From: a virus
Virus record (IMG/VR): IMGVR_UViG_3300030419_003599
Location: 1 to 64,000 of that record
Direction: 5' to 3' (one strand)
Length of the DNA: 64,000 bases
Shown piece by piece: positions 8,529-17,931 of this stretch; positions within the stretch are counted from its first letter, which is position 1; every line of letters starts with the position of its first letter. Made by a program: the position numbers and the translations under genes. The notes beneath the pieces are model-generated. The model worked only from the letters and a program-made list of their open reading frames with translations. It searched no databases and was not told the DNA's origin.

Positions 8529-9092
8529 GTGTGGCCTCATAACATGGTTTCGCATAGTGATGAGCAGCAAGCAGAAATTAGATTGATGGGTTTGATATTA
8601 GCCCAATCCCTATTTGTAGGAGTAGCAGTAGGTATTTTTAATGCTGAACTTTGGCTGAATCTAAATAGCCCTTTGCTAAATGGAATGACTTATTCTATGG
8701 GAGCATTTGCTATGCAAGGTCTTGGTTATTACATGTTCAAAATGTTCTTTCAACAAGGTATGGATGAAAGAATGCACATACAAGAAGGTGAAAGGCGCCG
8801 ACAGAGTCGTTATCGTGATATGCAACGAGTATTTGATGGCCGAAGAGAAGACCTTGAATTGAGAATGCAAGAAGCACAATTAGAAAATGAACTCCGTTGG
8901 ATGGAAAACAATCCCGGTAAAATCCCTACTTGGGCATCTCTTGAAAATCAAGAGAAACTATTCAATCCCACTCCTCCTTCCCATATTGCAGGTAGTCAGG
9001 AGGCTATCAATCTTGGAGTTTCTTTTGACAAGGCAGAAGAAAAAGAGAAAAAGCGGGGTTCAGACGGGAAGTTCAAAAAGAAGGATGACTGA
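8529..9092 (+). CDS. Membrane protein (2 TM + coiled coil)
   Basis: Two hydrophobic segments followed by a charged helical region; start may be ATG 8544. Confidence 0.75.
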   Translation: MWPHNMVSHSDEQQAEIRLMGLILAQSLFVGVAVGIFNAELWLNLNSPLLNGMTYSMGAFAMQGLGYYMFKMFFQQGMDERMHIQEGERRRQSRYRDMQRVFDGRREDLELRMQEAQLENELRWMENNPGKIPTWASLENQEKLFNPTPPSHIAGSQEAINLGVSFDKAEEKEKKRGSDGKFKKKDD

Positions 9093-9101
9093 GGACTCTA
9101 T

Positions 9102-9347
9102 ATGGGACGCATCTTCAAAACACCAAGTGATAATGCAGTTGAAGAGACATTAAGAGCGATGCATACCCAAAATGTATTGGATAATACTTATGAAAAAACT
9201 GTGGGTTGGGTTAAAGTCTTACTACTAGGCACTGTAGCAGTATTCACTCTTTCCGCTGTTGAGTATTATACTGACTGGAACTTATGGGAATCTACAGGGA
9301 ACTGGCTATCTGAATGGGCCGAGCGCCAATTGGAAAAGTTGATTTGA
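9102..9347 (+). CDS. Small single-TM membrane protein
   Basis: VGWVKVLLLGTVAVFTLSAV segment; GAGGA RBS. Confidence 0.75.
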   Translation: MGRIFKTPSDNAVEETLRAMHTQNVLDNTYEKTVGWVKVLLLGTVAVFTLSAVEYYTDWNLWESTGNWLSEWAERQLEKLI

Positions 9348-10064
9348 ATGTCAGCACTTGCTGGTTCAGCCCTTGTTGGGGGGATGGTATGGGCAAGAGA
9401 ATTGTGGAATTATTGGAAACCTCGTAAAGTCGGAGTTTATGGTCCACAATTAGTAGGGAAGACTACTCTTGATAGATTCATGACCACTCCGGGCGAAATG
9501 GAACCAATAGCGGAAGAAGAACGCACAACCCATTTCCGCATGATGGGTCGCTATGTTTTACCTCGCCCTACGCGTAAGCGCGTGCGTTGGAAGGGAGAGA
9601 AACGAGTTGTATATAGTTCTGATATAGGAGGGGATGAAAGATTCTGGAGCCTGTGGATTGATGATATGGTCCATAGGCAAGTAGAAGCGGTTGTATTCAT
9701 GTTTGATGATAGAGCAGCGAAAGGTGGAGATGAAGCAATCCAAGCAGTTGGCGGTTTCAAATATCTTGTAGACGCTCTCATCCATCGCCAATACCGCTAT
9801 CGTTCTCTTAAAACATGGTGGAAAGGAAAAAAGTATGCGCCTAAAATGGTTATGTTAGTTGCCAATAAAGCCGATAAATGGTGGGATGACGATGCCTCAG
9901 TATTATGGCAACAAGATAGAATTGGGGAGCACAAGGTGTTTGACCCATTTCGCCCTGACCTTATTCGTTTACAGAAGGCTGGCATCCCCACAAGGCGTGG
10001 TTTTATGGCCACTCGTATAGGCTGGCAAGTAGAAAATACTATGATAGACCTATTGAGTGGGTGA
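9348..10064 (+). CDS. Small Ras/Arf-superfamily-like GTPase
   Basis: G1 GPQLVGKTT, candidate G2 RTT, G3 DIGG followed by ERFWSLW, core strand AVVFMFD, G4 NKAD, G5-like MAT. Confidence 0.85.
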   Translation: MSALAGSALVGGMVWARELWNYWKPRKVGVYGPQLVGKTTLDRFMTTPGEMEPIAEEERTTHFRMMGRYVLPRPTRKRVRWKGEKRVVYSSDIGGDERFWSLWIDDMVHRQVEAVVFMFDDRAAKGGDEAIQAVGGFKYLVDALIHRQYRYRSLKTWWKGKKYAPKMVMLVANKADKWWDDDASVLWQQDRIGEHKVFDPFRPDLIRLQKAGIPTRRGFMATRIGWQVENTMIDLLSG

Positions 10065-10425
10065 TACCATGAGCCCGCTTGACGCCGCTTGGACAATTTT
10101 GAAATCTCGCCCTGTTTCATCTTCTGGAAAGCAGTATTCTCCTCAAGAATTGCAGCAATTGCGGGCTTTCGTTAATGCTAATATAGAAAGTCCTGACCCT
10201 AATTTACAGGCTCAAGCGCAGCAAATACTTGAAGAACTCACTACAGCCATGTCTTTTGCGGGCGGTCGTACCTCATTCAACACTCCTTCAGAGCCCATTG
10301 TCCCCGGCGCTGGGCCAGTTGTCCGTGGGGCCGGAGGCCCTGCTGCATCAGTAGGCGTTCGCCCGCCTTTACCTCCAGAACCTTCAGAAGAGGATGAGGA
10401 CGATGATAAGGCATTGCCCTCTTGA
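10057..10425 (+). CDS. Hypothetical protein with leader variant MSPLDAAWTILK|S
   Basis: GGGTGA RBS before ATG 10069; Pro/acidic tail. Confidence 0.7.
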   Translation: MGDTMSPLDAAWTILKSRPVSSSGKQYSPQELQQLRAFVNANIESPDPNLQAQAQQILEELTTAMSFAGGRTSFNTPSEPIVPGAGPVVRGAGGPAASVGVRPPLPPEPSEEDEDDDKALPS

Positions 10426-10664
10426 GCAACCTTTTTCATCTGCCTTCATTTGGGAGGGATATGGCTTACCCCACAGACACGACACTCATAGTACGGACTT
10501 CTGCCAAAAGCGACTCTCTAAGAGTGACTATACCCCAATGGGTTGTTAGGCAAATGAGGCTTAAAGCAGGGCATAGAATGAGATGGGAGTTAAAGCCTGA
10601 TGGGGATGATTTCAAATTAGTCGCTAAGCCGCTTAAAAGGAAACCCAATAAGGAGGATAATTAA
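10422..10664 (+). CDS. AbrB/SpoVT/MazE-like DNA-binding protein (likely start ATG 10461)
   Basis: SLRVTIPQWVVRQMRLKAGHRMRWEL fits the swapped-hairpin pattern; GGGAGG RBS. Confidence 0.75.
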   Translation: MSNLFHLPSFGRDMAYPTDTTLIVRTSAKSDSLRVTIPQWVVRQMRLKAGHRMRWELKPDGDDFKLVAKPLKRKPNKEDN

Positions 10665-11680
10665 TGTTGAACTTCGGGCTGCCTAGTATTGGTGGTCAAA
10701 CGCAGACCCAACAAGGGGCTCCTTTAGCCGGAGTAAATGAAGCACATATCAAAGCGCTTTCGCAGCAAGGCAATCCTGCTCTCACTTATGGTGAATTAAT
10801 GGAGCAGCAATCTGCTCAAACAGAGATGATGCGAGCCGCTGCTGAACAAAATATAGAAGTCCCTAAAGTTAATTTTTACCCAAGCCGCCATCCTAATCCG
10901 GTGAAAGCCCGTAAGCAAGATATCAAACAAGCATATCGTTTGCTTAGACCCGCTAAGCGTAGTATTTTCAGTCCTCGGCGTTGGTGGTTTGGCGGTAAAT
11001 ATCGTTATAATAAACACTCACATGTATGTGTAGTAGATGGTTGCGATTGTGAAACTCTTATCCGTTTTGATAATCTCTATATGCGCATTTCAGATGAAGA
11101 AAGCGGTCGTTCTCTCTATGAATCTTATTGGCTCAACCAAATAACTGGTGAACCTCAAGCCTTTGTAGCAAAAGAGGGAGTTACTGGTGGGCGTTCAATG
11201 AGAGGTACTTATTGTCCTGAGCATTTACATCTCTACCATTTACTCACAAAATGGGAACAAGAAGAAGATAAAGAACAAAAAGATAAACCTAAGAGCATTA
11301 GAGACCGAGTGAAACGAGGCGTATCTACTGTTGCTGTCCCTGTTTCTGTTGTAAAAAAGAAAGATAATACTCCGCCTATGTTACAAAAATATGAACAATT
11401 CTTTGCTGAATTAGATAAAGACTCTAAACGCTATAACGGAATTAATATCTTACATTACAAAAATCCTGTCACAGAATTAAACGATGTTACGATGATTGTT
11501 TTTGACCTTCGTATTTTCCAACACGAACTAGAACAAATGGAATCCCAAGCGGCAGAAGCCTTCCAAAATATGTTACAGCAACAGCAACAAATGCAGACTC
11601 AACAGGCATCAATAATGGCTCCCCAAGCAACTATAGCCGAGCAACAGGCTAATGAAGTGCCTATGGTTCAGGAGCAGTGA
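10664..11680 (+). CDS. Hypothetical protein, possible Zn-binding (CVVDGC...YCPEH), Gln-rich ends
   Basis: ORF track; Cys/His pattern. Confidence 0.7.
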   Translation: MLNFGLPSIGGQTQTQQGAPLAGVNEAHIKALSQQGNPALTYGELMEQQSAQTEMMRAAAEQNIEVPKVNFYPSRHPNPVKARKQDIKQAYRLLRPAKRSIFSPRRWWFGGKYRYNKHSHVCVVDGCDCETLIRFDNLYMRISDEESGRSLYESYWLNQITGEPQAFVAKEGVTGGRSMRGTYCPEHLHLYHLLTKWEQEEDKEQKDKPKSIRDRVKRGVSTVAVPVSVVKKKDNTPPMLQKYEQFFAELDKDSKRYNGINILHYKNPVTELNDVTMIVFDLRIFQHELEQMESQAAEAFQNMLQQQQQMQTQQASIMAPQATIAEQQANEVPMVQEQ

Positions 11681-12312
11681 GTGTTATGGGGATGTTTGAT
11701 AGGCAGCCGACTGCAACTGGGACAAGATTGAACTTAGGAGCGACCGGTGCTCCGGCTTATAATGGCGCTGCCGCAAACCCATTTGCGCAAGCGAGACAAC
11801 CTATTGGAGGTGCTTTTGGTGGTGGTGTGGCATCTGCTTTTGGTATGCAACAACCTGTGCAACAACAAGTGACTCCTCCAAATGAAACTGAAATCCTTAT
11901 TCATCTACTCAATAGTGGATATCCGATAGAGCGTTGGCTTACAGGCGCTGGCTTCCAATCATTTGTTCAAATGTTATCAGTAATGATGGAATTGGCTGTA
12001 GTCAATTTCTTTCGTGATGCCAAGTTCGTAATTGATGATGATACTGGGTCAATGATTCTTGACCCTACATCTTTATCCACTGAAATGCAGACACTATCTA
12101 GTGAAAATGTGGTAAGTGAGTTCGCCAATGTGCTAGCAGAAGCAGAGAAAACTAAGACAGAAGCAACTGCCCTCCAAACAGAGATTGCCACTTATTCTCA
12201 ACAGAGCATGATGGGTTCTGCTCTTGATGCTGCTCTTGCTAATGAAGGATTTATGGAAAAGATGGGTAGTGGCATTGGCTCATTGGGCCGCGGATTTATA
12301 GGAATGAAGTGA
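11677..12312 (+). CDS. Hypothetical protein
   Basis: Coupled ORF; Gly/Ala-rich N-terminus and helical C-terminus. Confidence 0.7.
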   Translation: MSVMGMFDRQPTATGTRLNLGATGAPAYNGAAANPFAQARQPIGGAFGGGVASAFGMQQPVQQQVTPPNETEILIHLLNSGYPIERWLTGAGFQSFVQMLSVMMELAVVNFFRDAKFVIDDDTGSMILDPTSLSTEMQTLSSENVVSEFANVLAEAEKTKTEATALQTEIATYSQQSMMGSALDAALANEGFMEKMGSGIGSLGRGFIGMK

Positions 12313-12572
12313 TTAAAATGATTAAACCTCCAGAAATGACAGGATTTGTACCTAAAGGGCTTGCTCATACTACTATGGATATTTTTAATCCCAAAAAGAA
12401 AGTAATAGTTGATATGATAATGGTTCAACTTTTGAGTCTCATAATTGTGTTTATGGGCGTCCTTGCTTTTGCCAACCAAAAGTTGGATGCTGCAGATATG
12501 TCATATGTCATGGCAGGTTTATTTTTTAGTCTCATAATGCTAGGCGGAGTTTATGGTCGTATAGCGAGATAG
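12309..12572 (+). CDS. Small 2-TM membrane protein (holin-like topology)
   Basis: Two hydrophobic helices with a short basic C-terminus. Confidence 0.65.
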   Translation: MIKMIKPPEMTGFVPKGLAHTTMDIFNPKKKVIVDMIMVQLLSLIIVFMGVLAFANQKLDAADMSYVMAGLFFSLIMLGGVYGRIAR

Positions 12573-12574
12573 CA

Positions 12575-12829
12575 CTACCATTTATCTAAAGGGCATTTAC
12601 TACTACTTAAACTAGTTTTAACCCTCATTTGGCAGCCACATTCACGGCACATATTGAGAGTCTTATTCCAACTAGGGCAAATCTCACAAATTGCTCTTCT
12701 TTCGGCCTTTTTCTCCTTTGAAACAAACCTACGATTAACCACATCTCCTGCCGCTTTGTAGAGTTCAGCGGCACGCGAACGCGGTGCTCTGGAGAGCCTC
12801 TTCATCGGCTTTATGGTAAAGTGGCTCAT
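12575..12829 (-). CDS. Small Cys-rich Zn-binding protein
   Basis: ICEICP...CRECGC...K...CPLDKW pattern common in phage hypothetical proteins. Confidence 0.7.
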   Translation of the reverse strand: MSHFTIKPMKRLSRAPRSRAAELYKAAGDVVNRRFVSKEKKAERRAICEICPSWNKTLNMCRECGCQMRVKTSLSSSKCPLDKW

Positions 12830-13558
12830 TGTAAAGACTTATCCACCGAGCCACCCTCACAGAGGGTGATGGCAGAGCGAGAGCGAGTGACAAAGAGGTC
12901 ATGCTCTTTCTGTCAATGTGATGAAAGAGACGAGTTAGAAGAACAACTTCAACAAGGTCTTATCTCCACTAAAGAACTAGACCGAGATATGGGTTGGAGG
13001 GCTAATACTGCTGACCGCCATTTCCGTAATCATATGGGAGATTATGTTAGAGGAGCGAATCCTTCTTGCCCTATATGCTCTCATCCGAATAGAGCCAATA
13101 TTGAGCGTTCTTATTACGAAGGGGAAATAGGTAGTGAGGCTATTGCCGAAGAAGCAGGAGTCCCAGAATCTACTGTTTATCATCATATGAGACTTCATTT
13201 CCAACCACTTGTTCAACAAACCGCAGCATTTGAAGTGGCTCTTGCGGCAGGAACCGAGGTCCAAACATTGCGTGAGAATGTAGAGGCACTTAACCATAAA
13301 TTACAACAATTGATGAGTGAAGGGAGTGTCCATGAAGAAGGATTCGTAAGAGATGCAGTAACTCTACACAAAGAAGTTCGTGAAAGTATCAAGGATTTAT
13401 TGAAGTTTGAAGAGAAATGGGGTGGGGAACCAGAAGCCCAAACTGTCAATAATACGATTAATGTACTAAAAGTAGAATTAGCGCAAGAATCTCCAGATGT
13501 TTGGCGCAGACTCAAGAAGCGTCTTTTGGAACAAGGAGATGTAGAGGTGATTGAATGA
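12821..13558 (+). CDS. Tandem Zn-finger/HTH protein with coiled coil; candidate terminase small subunit (likely start ATG 12869)
   Basis: Two CxxC...HxxxH units with HTH-like spacing followed by a coiled coil; lies upstream of the terminase large subunit. Confidence 0.55.
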   Translation: MAHCKDLSTEPPSQRVMAERERVTKRSCSFCQCDERDELEEQLQQGLISTKELDRDMGWRANTADRHFRNHMGDYVRGANPSCPICSHPNRANIERSYYEGEIGSEAIAEEAGVPESTVYHHMRLHFQPLVQQTAAFEVALAAGTEVQTLRENVEALNHKLQQLMSEGSVHEEGFVRDAVTLHKEVRESIKDLLKFEEKWGGEPEAQTVNNTINVLKVELAQESPDVWRRLKKRLLEQGDVEVIE

Positions 13559-13974
13559 AAGGCGTCCATGTCCCAATGAATATTTTATTGGCTTATGGCA
13601 CTCCATTCACCCATTTGTTACATGGGTCTGGCGCATTAGAAGATGATGAAATTGGTCCATTTTATGATGGAGTCCATGAATGTGTAAGCCGTTGGCTCCA
13701 TTATCTCAATCAACAGGTAGAGAATCCTCAAATGCAATCTTTCTATACACCAGTTGAGAATCTTCGCTCAGATTTGCTAGACCTTATTCATGAAGATGGT
13801 TGGGATACTTTTGAAATTAGAGATAGAGCGCGCCATGCTCTTATTGAGTTTGAACATATTTGTTCGGATATGGCTCGCTCTTTTACTCATCCACCTAGAG
13901 TGAAAGAGTTTTATCACAATCTTGCCAGCAGAAGTCGTGCTACGCTTGAGCGATTAGTGGAAGGTGAAGTATAA
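13555..13974 (+). CDS. Hypothetical protein
   Basis: Coupled ORF with GAGGTG RBS. Confidence 0.7.
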   Translation: MKGVHVPMNILLAYGTPFTHLLHGSGALEDDEIGPFYDGVHECVSRWLHYLNQQVENPQMQSFYTPVENLRSDLLDLIHEDGWDTFEIRDRARHALIEFEHICSDMARSFTHPPRVKEFYHNLASRSRATLERLVEGEV

Positions 13975-15830
13975 TGCCTAGCGGGACAGGAGGAATGGGG
14001 CGCGGGTCTGATACCCGAATGTATAGTCCTCGTTCAGAATCTACCCGAATGTTTGGTTATGAAGAGGATGATATTGGTCATGCTCATGGTTATGGTGACC
14101 CCGAACTTGCGGCGGAAAGCAGAGAAAAGAAGAAGCGAGAAAAAGAAGAAACCAAACAACGGCAAAAAATACATCATATCAAAATTAGACATAAAGATAT
14201 TCTTGATGAATTACCCCCTAGTATGGGTGAAGTTTCACAAGAAGGTGATAATGAACTTGCACCTAAAGATGAAGAGCAAGGCGAATTATCTGCTTTGACA
14301 GGTACTTCCGGTTCTCGCGGGGCCATGTTGGACCAAGCCATTGGTGCCAAAACTGGTACAGGTTCGGCGCTTGGTGGTACTCCGCCATTACTCGGTCCAA
14401 TGGGTGTGTATCATTCTGAGCCGATGGAGAACGCTTGGTCTGAGTTGTTGAAAAACAAGAAAGAACCTTTTACTCATTATGGCACCGATGGGCGTCCATT
14501 CAGACCAATAGCCACCCTTTTACAAGGTGATGTAGAGCCGGGTCAAGCGGGCTATATAGCAAACCGAGGTGATGAGACAGGGATACGGATACCCCATATT
14601 CCAGCAAAAGAACGCGCTGATTTTGATGACGAAGTTGAAGCGCACAGACAAGAAATGTATAGACAGGGGTTAGTAGATGACGATGAGGAGTTTGCTCTTT
14701 TGAACTCTTTAATAGACCAATTTTATGGTGCAGATAAGTCTCAATACCCAATAGAAGATGATTATGAAGTGCAGGTAGAACCTGTACTTGAAGATAGAAG
14801 TGAAACTGCTCAAATTGGCTCACCGATGGATTATACTCCCGATGAAATCTATGAGATGTTTAGAAACGGCGAGCCAATGGAGGTGGCTTGGTCTGAGTTG
14901 ATGAAATCTAAAAAAGATAAGGGCGAAGCGCCAATGGCTGCTGGCGAAATTGGTTCAGCGGGAACTACCACTCAACGCCGAAAAGAACATGCCAAAAAAT
15001 GGGCTCAACCTAAGTTCAAGGTCGCTCCCGGAGGGCGCAGACCTACTACAGCGACTTCCCGCCGAGCAAAAGCCCGTAGCCGAACTTTAGCACCTCGTCA
15101 TCGTGTTCATAATATCAAAGGCGGGCTAATGCAAAGTCCTTTGGCTGTGCATATGTCTCACCTTGGTGTCCAAACTAAACAACCTCTACGGCAATTCCCT
15201 GAAAAGTATAGGCAATATTACGGTCAGCAACTAAGGCGCCGTTTAACTGGTGATATTGCACAAACTGTAGCACCTCACGGGTTATTTGGTGAGCGCACTC
15301 AGAATCCCGGCCCTACTGGAGGAGGTCGTCTTCCGGGTCAATTGCCGGGACAAGCCGCTGCTGCTGGTATGCCATCTTTGCGTAGATTGGCTAGACCAAG
15401 AGTGCCCCGTTTGCGAAAACCTACTGGCTTTAGCCCTATGACTCCGCCTACTATCCCAACTGCCCCACCTCTCCCACAACCAGCCCAAGTAGGGTTGCCT
15501 TCTTCTAATATCCAAATGTCAGGAAAAGTAGGAGTAGGGTCCCCTCTCAAAAAGAATATTGATATTTTACGCCCCGGGACTTTTGCTTTCATGCATAGTC
15601 GGGAGATTGCTAAACTTTTGAGAGAATTGAAAGAGAAGTTAGAGCGGCATGGAAGGATGCGTAAAGGCAAGGGCACTGCTGATACTAGTGGTGCAGGAGA
15701 CGATAAACCCGATGCTCCAGCAAATGGGCCAAAGCAAACCAGCAAACTTGAAGGAGGAACCGAATCTAGTCCTGATGACGATGCAAGAAATTGGGGTATG
15801 GACCCTTCTGCTATTATAGGGAGTCATTGA
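13974..15830 (+). CDS. Low-complexity protein with alternating acidic/basic segments and two internal motif copies
   Basis: HSEPMENAWSELLK at 14412-14453 and NGEPMEVAWSELMK at 14865-14906. Confidence 0.75.
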   Translation: MPSGTGGMGRGSDTRMYSPRSESTRMFGYEEDDIGHAHGYGDPELAAESREKKKREKEETKQRQKIHHIKIRHKDILDELPPSMGEVSQEGDNELAPKDEEQGELSALTGTSGSRGAMLDQAIGAKTGTGSALGGTPPLLGPMGVYHSEPMENAWSELLKNKKEPFTHYGTDGRPFRPIATLLQGDVEPGQAGYIANRGDETGIRIPHIPAKERADFDDEVEAHRQEMYRQGLVDDDEEFALLNSLIDQFYGADKSQYPIEDDYEVQVEPVLEDRSETAQIGSPMDYTPDEIYEMFRNGEPMEVAWSELMKSKKDKGEAPMAAGEIGSAGTTTQRRKEHAKKWAQPKFKVAPGGRRPTTATSRRAKARSRTLAPRHRVHNIKGGLMQSPLAVHMSHLGVQTKQPLRQFPEKYRQYYGQQLRRRLTGDIAQTVAPHGLFGERTQNPGPTGGGRLPGQLPGQAAAAGMPSLRRLARPRVPRLRKPTGFSPMTPPTIPTAPPLPQPAQVGLPSSNIQMSGKVGVGSPLKKNIDILRPGTFAFMHSREIAKLLRELKEKLERHGRMRKGKGTADTSGAGDDKPDAPANGPKQTSKLEGGTESSPDDDARNWGMDPSAIIGSH

Positions 15831-15831
15831 A

Positions 15832-17931
15832 ATGAGCCAAATCATTGTCCTTAACCCTACAGAGACTTTACTCAAGTCATTTTTCGCTAATGTAGTTGAG
15901 CCTTCAATTATTCTCAAAGGCGATGGTGTCCTTTACATGGGACCCGAGGGTAACAAAATGATGGGTTTCCCTCCCCAACATATGTTCAATATGGACCCAA
16001 ATCAACCAGACCACCCTATGTGGTCATGGAATCCTCATACTGGAGAACCTACCGAAGGTGGTATGCATCCGATTGATGGAGTAGTAGCCCATTTGCAGCA
16101 GTATCTTGATAAAATGGGTATTAGGGCAGATGCTCGTTCCATAGTTCAAGATTCAATTGACGCCTTTAATCGTAAGCATATGTCTGATAATCATCATTTA
16201 CCGGCATTTGATTCCCCTGAATGGCGTAAGTTAGTTATCGGCCCTCATCCTACTAATGTGCCGGGTCATGAAATAGCAACTCGCGGTCATGACGGTAAGT
16301 TATTTACTCATTATGGTAATCGTGGCGGCTCAATTGGTTTATTCCCTGAGAGCGGAGCAGTCCCATTTTTCAGCGAACTTAATGATATTCTCACAGATAT
16401 GGGTTTGCATCAAGCAGAGGGAGAATTGGAGTTCGCTAAATATCCCAATATATCAGCCCAGCATTTGTCCCCTAATGTTTATCGTACTAAAGCGAATGAA
16501 TTAGCGGCGCACGGTTTAGTGCCGGGGCATATTCTTGAACAACACGCCCCAGAAGGAATGATGTTTGATGGAGCGCATGGGGCGCGACATACTTGGGAAG
16601 TGATGCATCATTTACCAGCGGCTATGTTCATGGGTACAGGTTATGCGCCTAGAGCCAATAGTGCAACAGTGCGTGAAGCAGAAGGTAATATCGCCGCCGC
16701 TCTTCAAAATATAGACCCTAAACAAATACCAAATCATCCAATTACTCTCCATGATGGGACTAAAACTACCTTCGCCGAGGCTATATCTAATCCTGCTACT
16801 CGCAGTACTTTAATTCAAGATATGGCGCGCAGTCCTGCTTTACAATTCATGTTTGCTGGAGCGGGAAGCCCTGCCACACGAACTAAGACCCGCACAATTA
16901 TGGGGCCTCTTCTTGATGTAGAGGGTTTTGATGTTCACCGTGGTCATACTGATACTGGTACTAGAAAAAGAGGACGCAGCCCTCATTCTTATGCTGTAAA
17001 TGTCGCTGCCGCTGCCGCCGCTCATGGTCCATGGGAAGCAGACCCTACTCGTTCAGCAATGGCTGATAATTCGCATGGTTTACCTGAAGGTGTAGACCAC
17101 AATGAAATCGGCAGGCGTAGAGAAATTATTGAAGGCATGGGAGACATGATGGCTAGAGCCCATGGGCATACTGAACGATGGACTCCAGATTGGGATAATC
17201 TCCCCACTGATATGCCCGCATCTCGCGCAATTGGTAATTTAGGTCAAGTAATGCATCAAGAAGTGCCTGAACATTTCATTAATCGTTTCTATACAGACAT
17301 GAATGCCGCTCCTACAAGAGATATACCTATCCCGGGCATGGGTGCTGGTCCAACTGCTCAAAGAGAGCAAACCCCGCCTGAACCTTCTATACCTGAAGTT
17401 AGAACTCAACCAGCAGCACCTGCCGCTCCTGCCGCTCAACCAATAGCCCCCCGAATTGAGCCCCGGGGACTTACTCCTGAATTACAAGCCGCTCGTAGGC
17501 AGATAGGGGCGGCCCAAGGAGTAGAAGGGGTGAGGCAAACGGCTAGAGAAATGGGAATGCCACCGCTTCCTGAAAACCCGGCGCATGTGAGCCGCTTCCA
17601 GCATTCTTTCGGTGACCCACACCAAACTCTTCTTGACCAATGGATGCGCTCTAATGATTCTGTAGAAATGTTAGACCGCATTGAAAAGGCAATGGAAGAA
17701 CTACAACTCAAAGATGCCCAAAGAGATGTAGCAGTTTTGAAACACCTTCCTAATCGCCAAAATCTCAATATCAATATTGAAGGCGATGTTGCTTTAATGG
17801 CCAATAAATTGGGGCTCACTAAGCACGATATACGAAGTCTTGCCATTTCCAAAGGAGATTGGCACCGTGTGGCTGAAGTATTTGATGTCCCGGCGCCTGT
17901 TGTAGGGGCAGTAAAGGTGGTGTTCTCATGA
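15832..17931 (+). CDS. His/Pro-rich hypothetical protein, putative virion-internal protein
   Basis: N-terminal TLLK|S and IILK|G sites; PIP-like QTLLDQW near the C-terminus. Confidence 0.7.
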   Translation: MSQIIVLNPTETLLKSFFANVVEPSIILKGDGVLYMGPEGNKMMGFPPQHMFNMDPNQPDHPMWSWNPHTGEPTEGGMHPIDGVVAHLQQYLDKMGIRADARSIVQDSIDAFNRKHMSDNHHLPAFDSPEWRKLVIGPHPTNVPGHEIATRGHDGKLFTHYGNRGGSIGLFPESGAVPFFSELNDILTDMGLHQAEGELEFAKYPNISAQHLSPNVYRTKANELAAHGLVPGHILEQHAPEGMMFDGAHGARHTWEVMHHLPAAMFMGTGYAPRANSATVREAEGNIAAALQNIDPKQIPNHPITLHDGTKTTFAEAISNPATRSTLIQDMARSPALQFMFAGAGSPATRTKTRTIMGPLLDVEGFDVHRGHTDTGTRKRGRSPHSYAVNVAAAAAAHGPWEADPTRSAMADNSHGLPEGVDHNEIGRRREIIEGMGDMMARAHGHTERWTPDWDNLPTDMPASRAIGNLGQVMHQEVPEHFINRFYTDMNAAPTRDIPIPGMGAGPTAQREQTPPEPSIPEVRTQPAAPAAPAAQPIAPRIEPRGLTPELQAARRQIGAAQGVEGVRQTAREMGMPPLPENPAHVSRFQHSFGDPHQTLLDQWMRSNDSVEMLDRIEKAMEELQLKDAQRDVAVLKHLPNRQNLNINIEGDVALMANKLGLTKHDIRSLAISKGDWHRVAEVFDVPAPVVGAVKVVFS

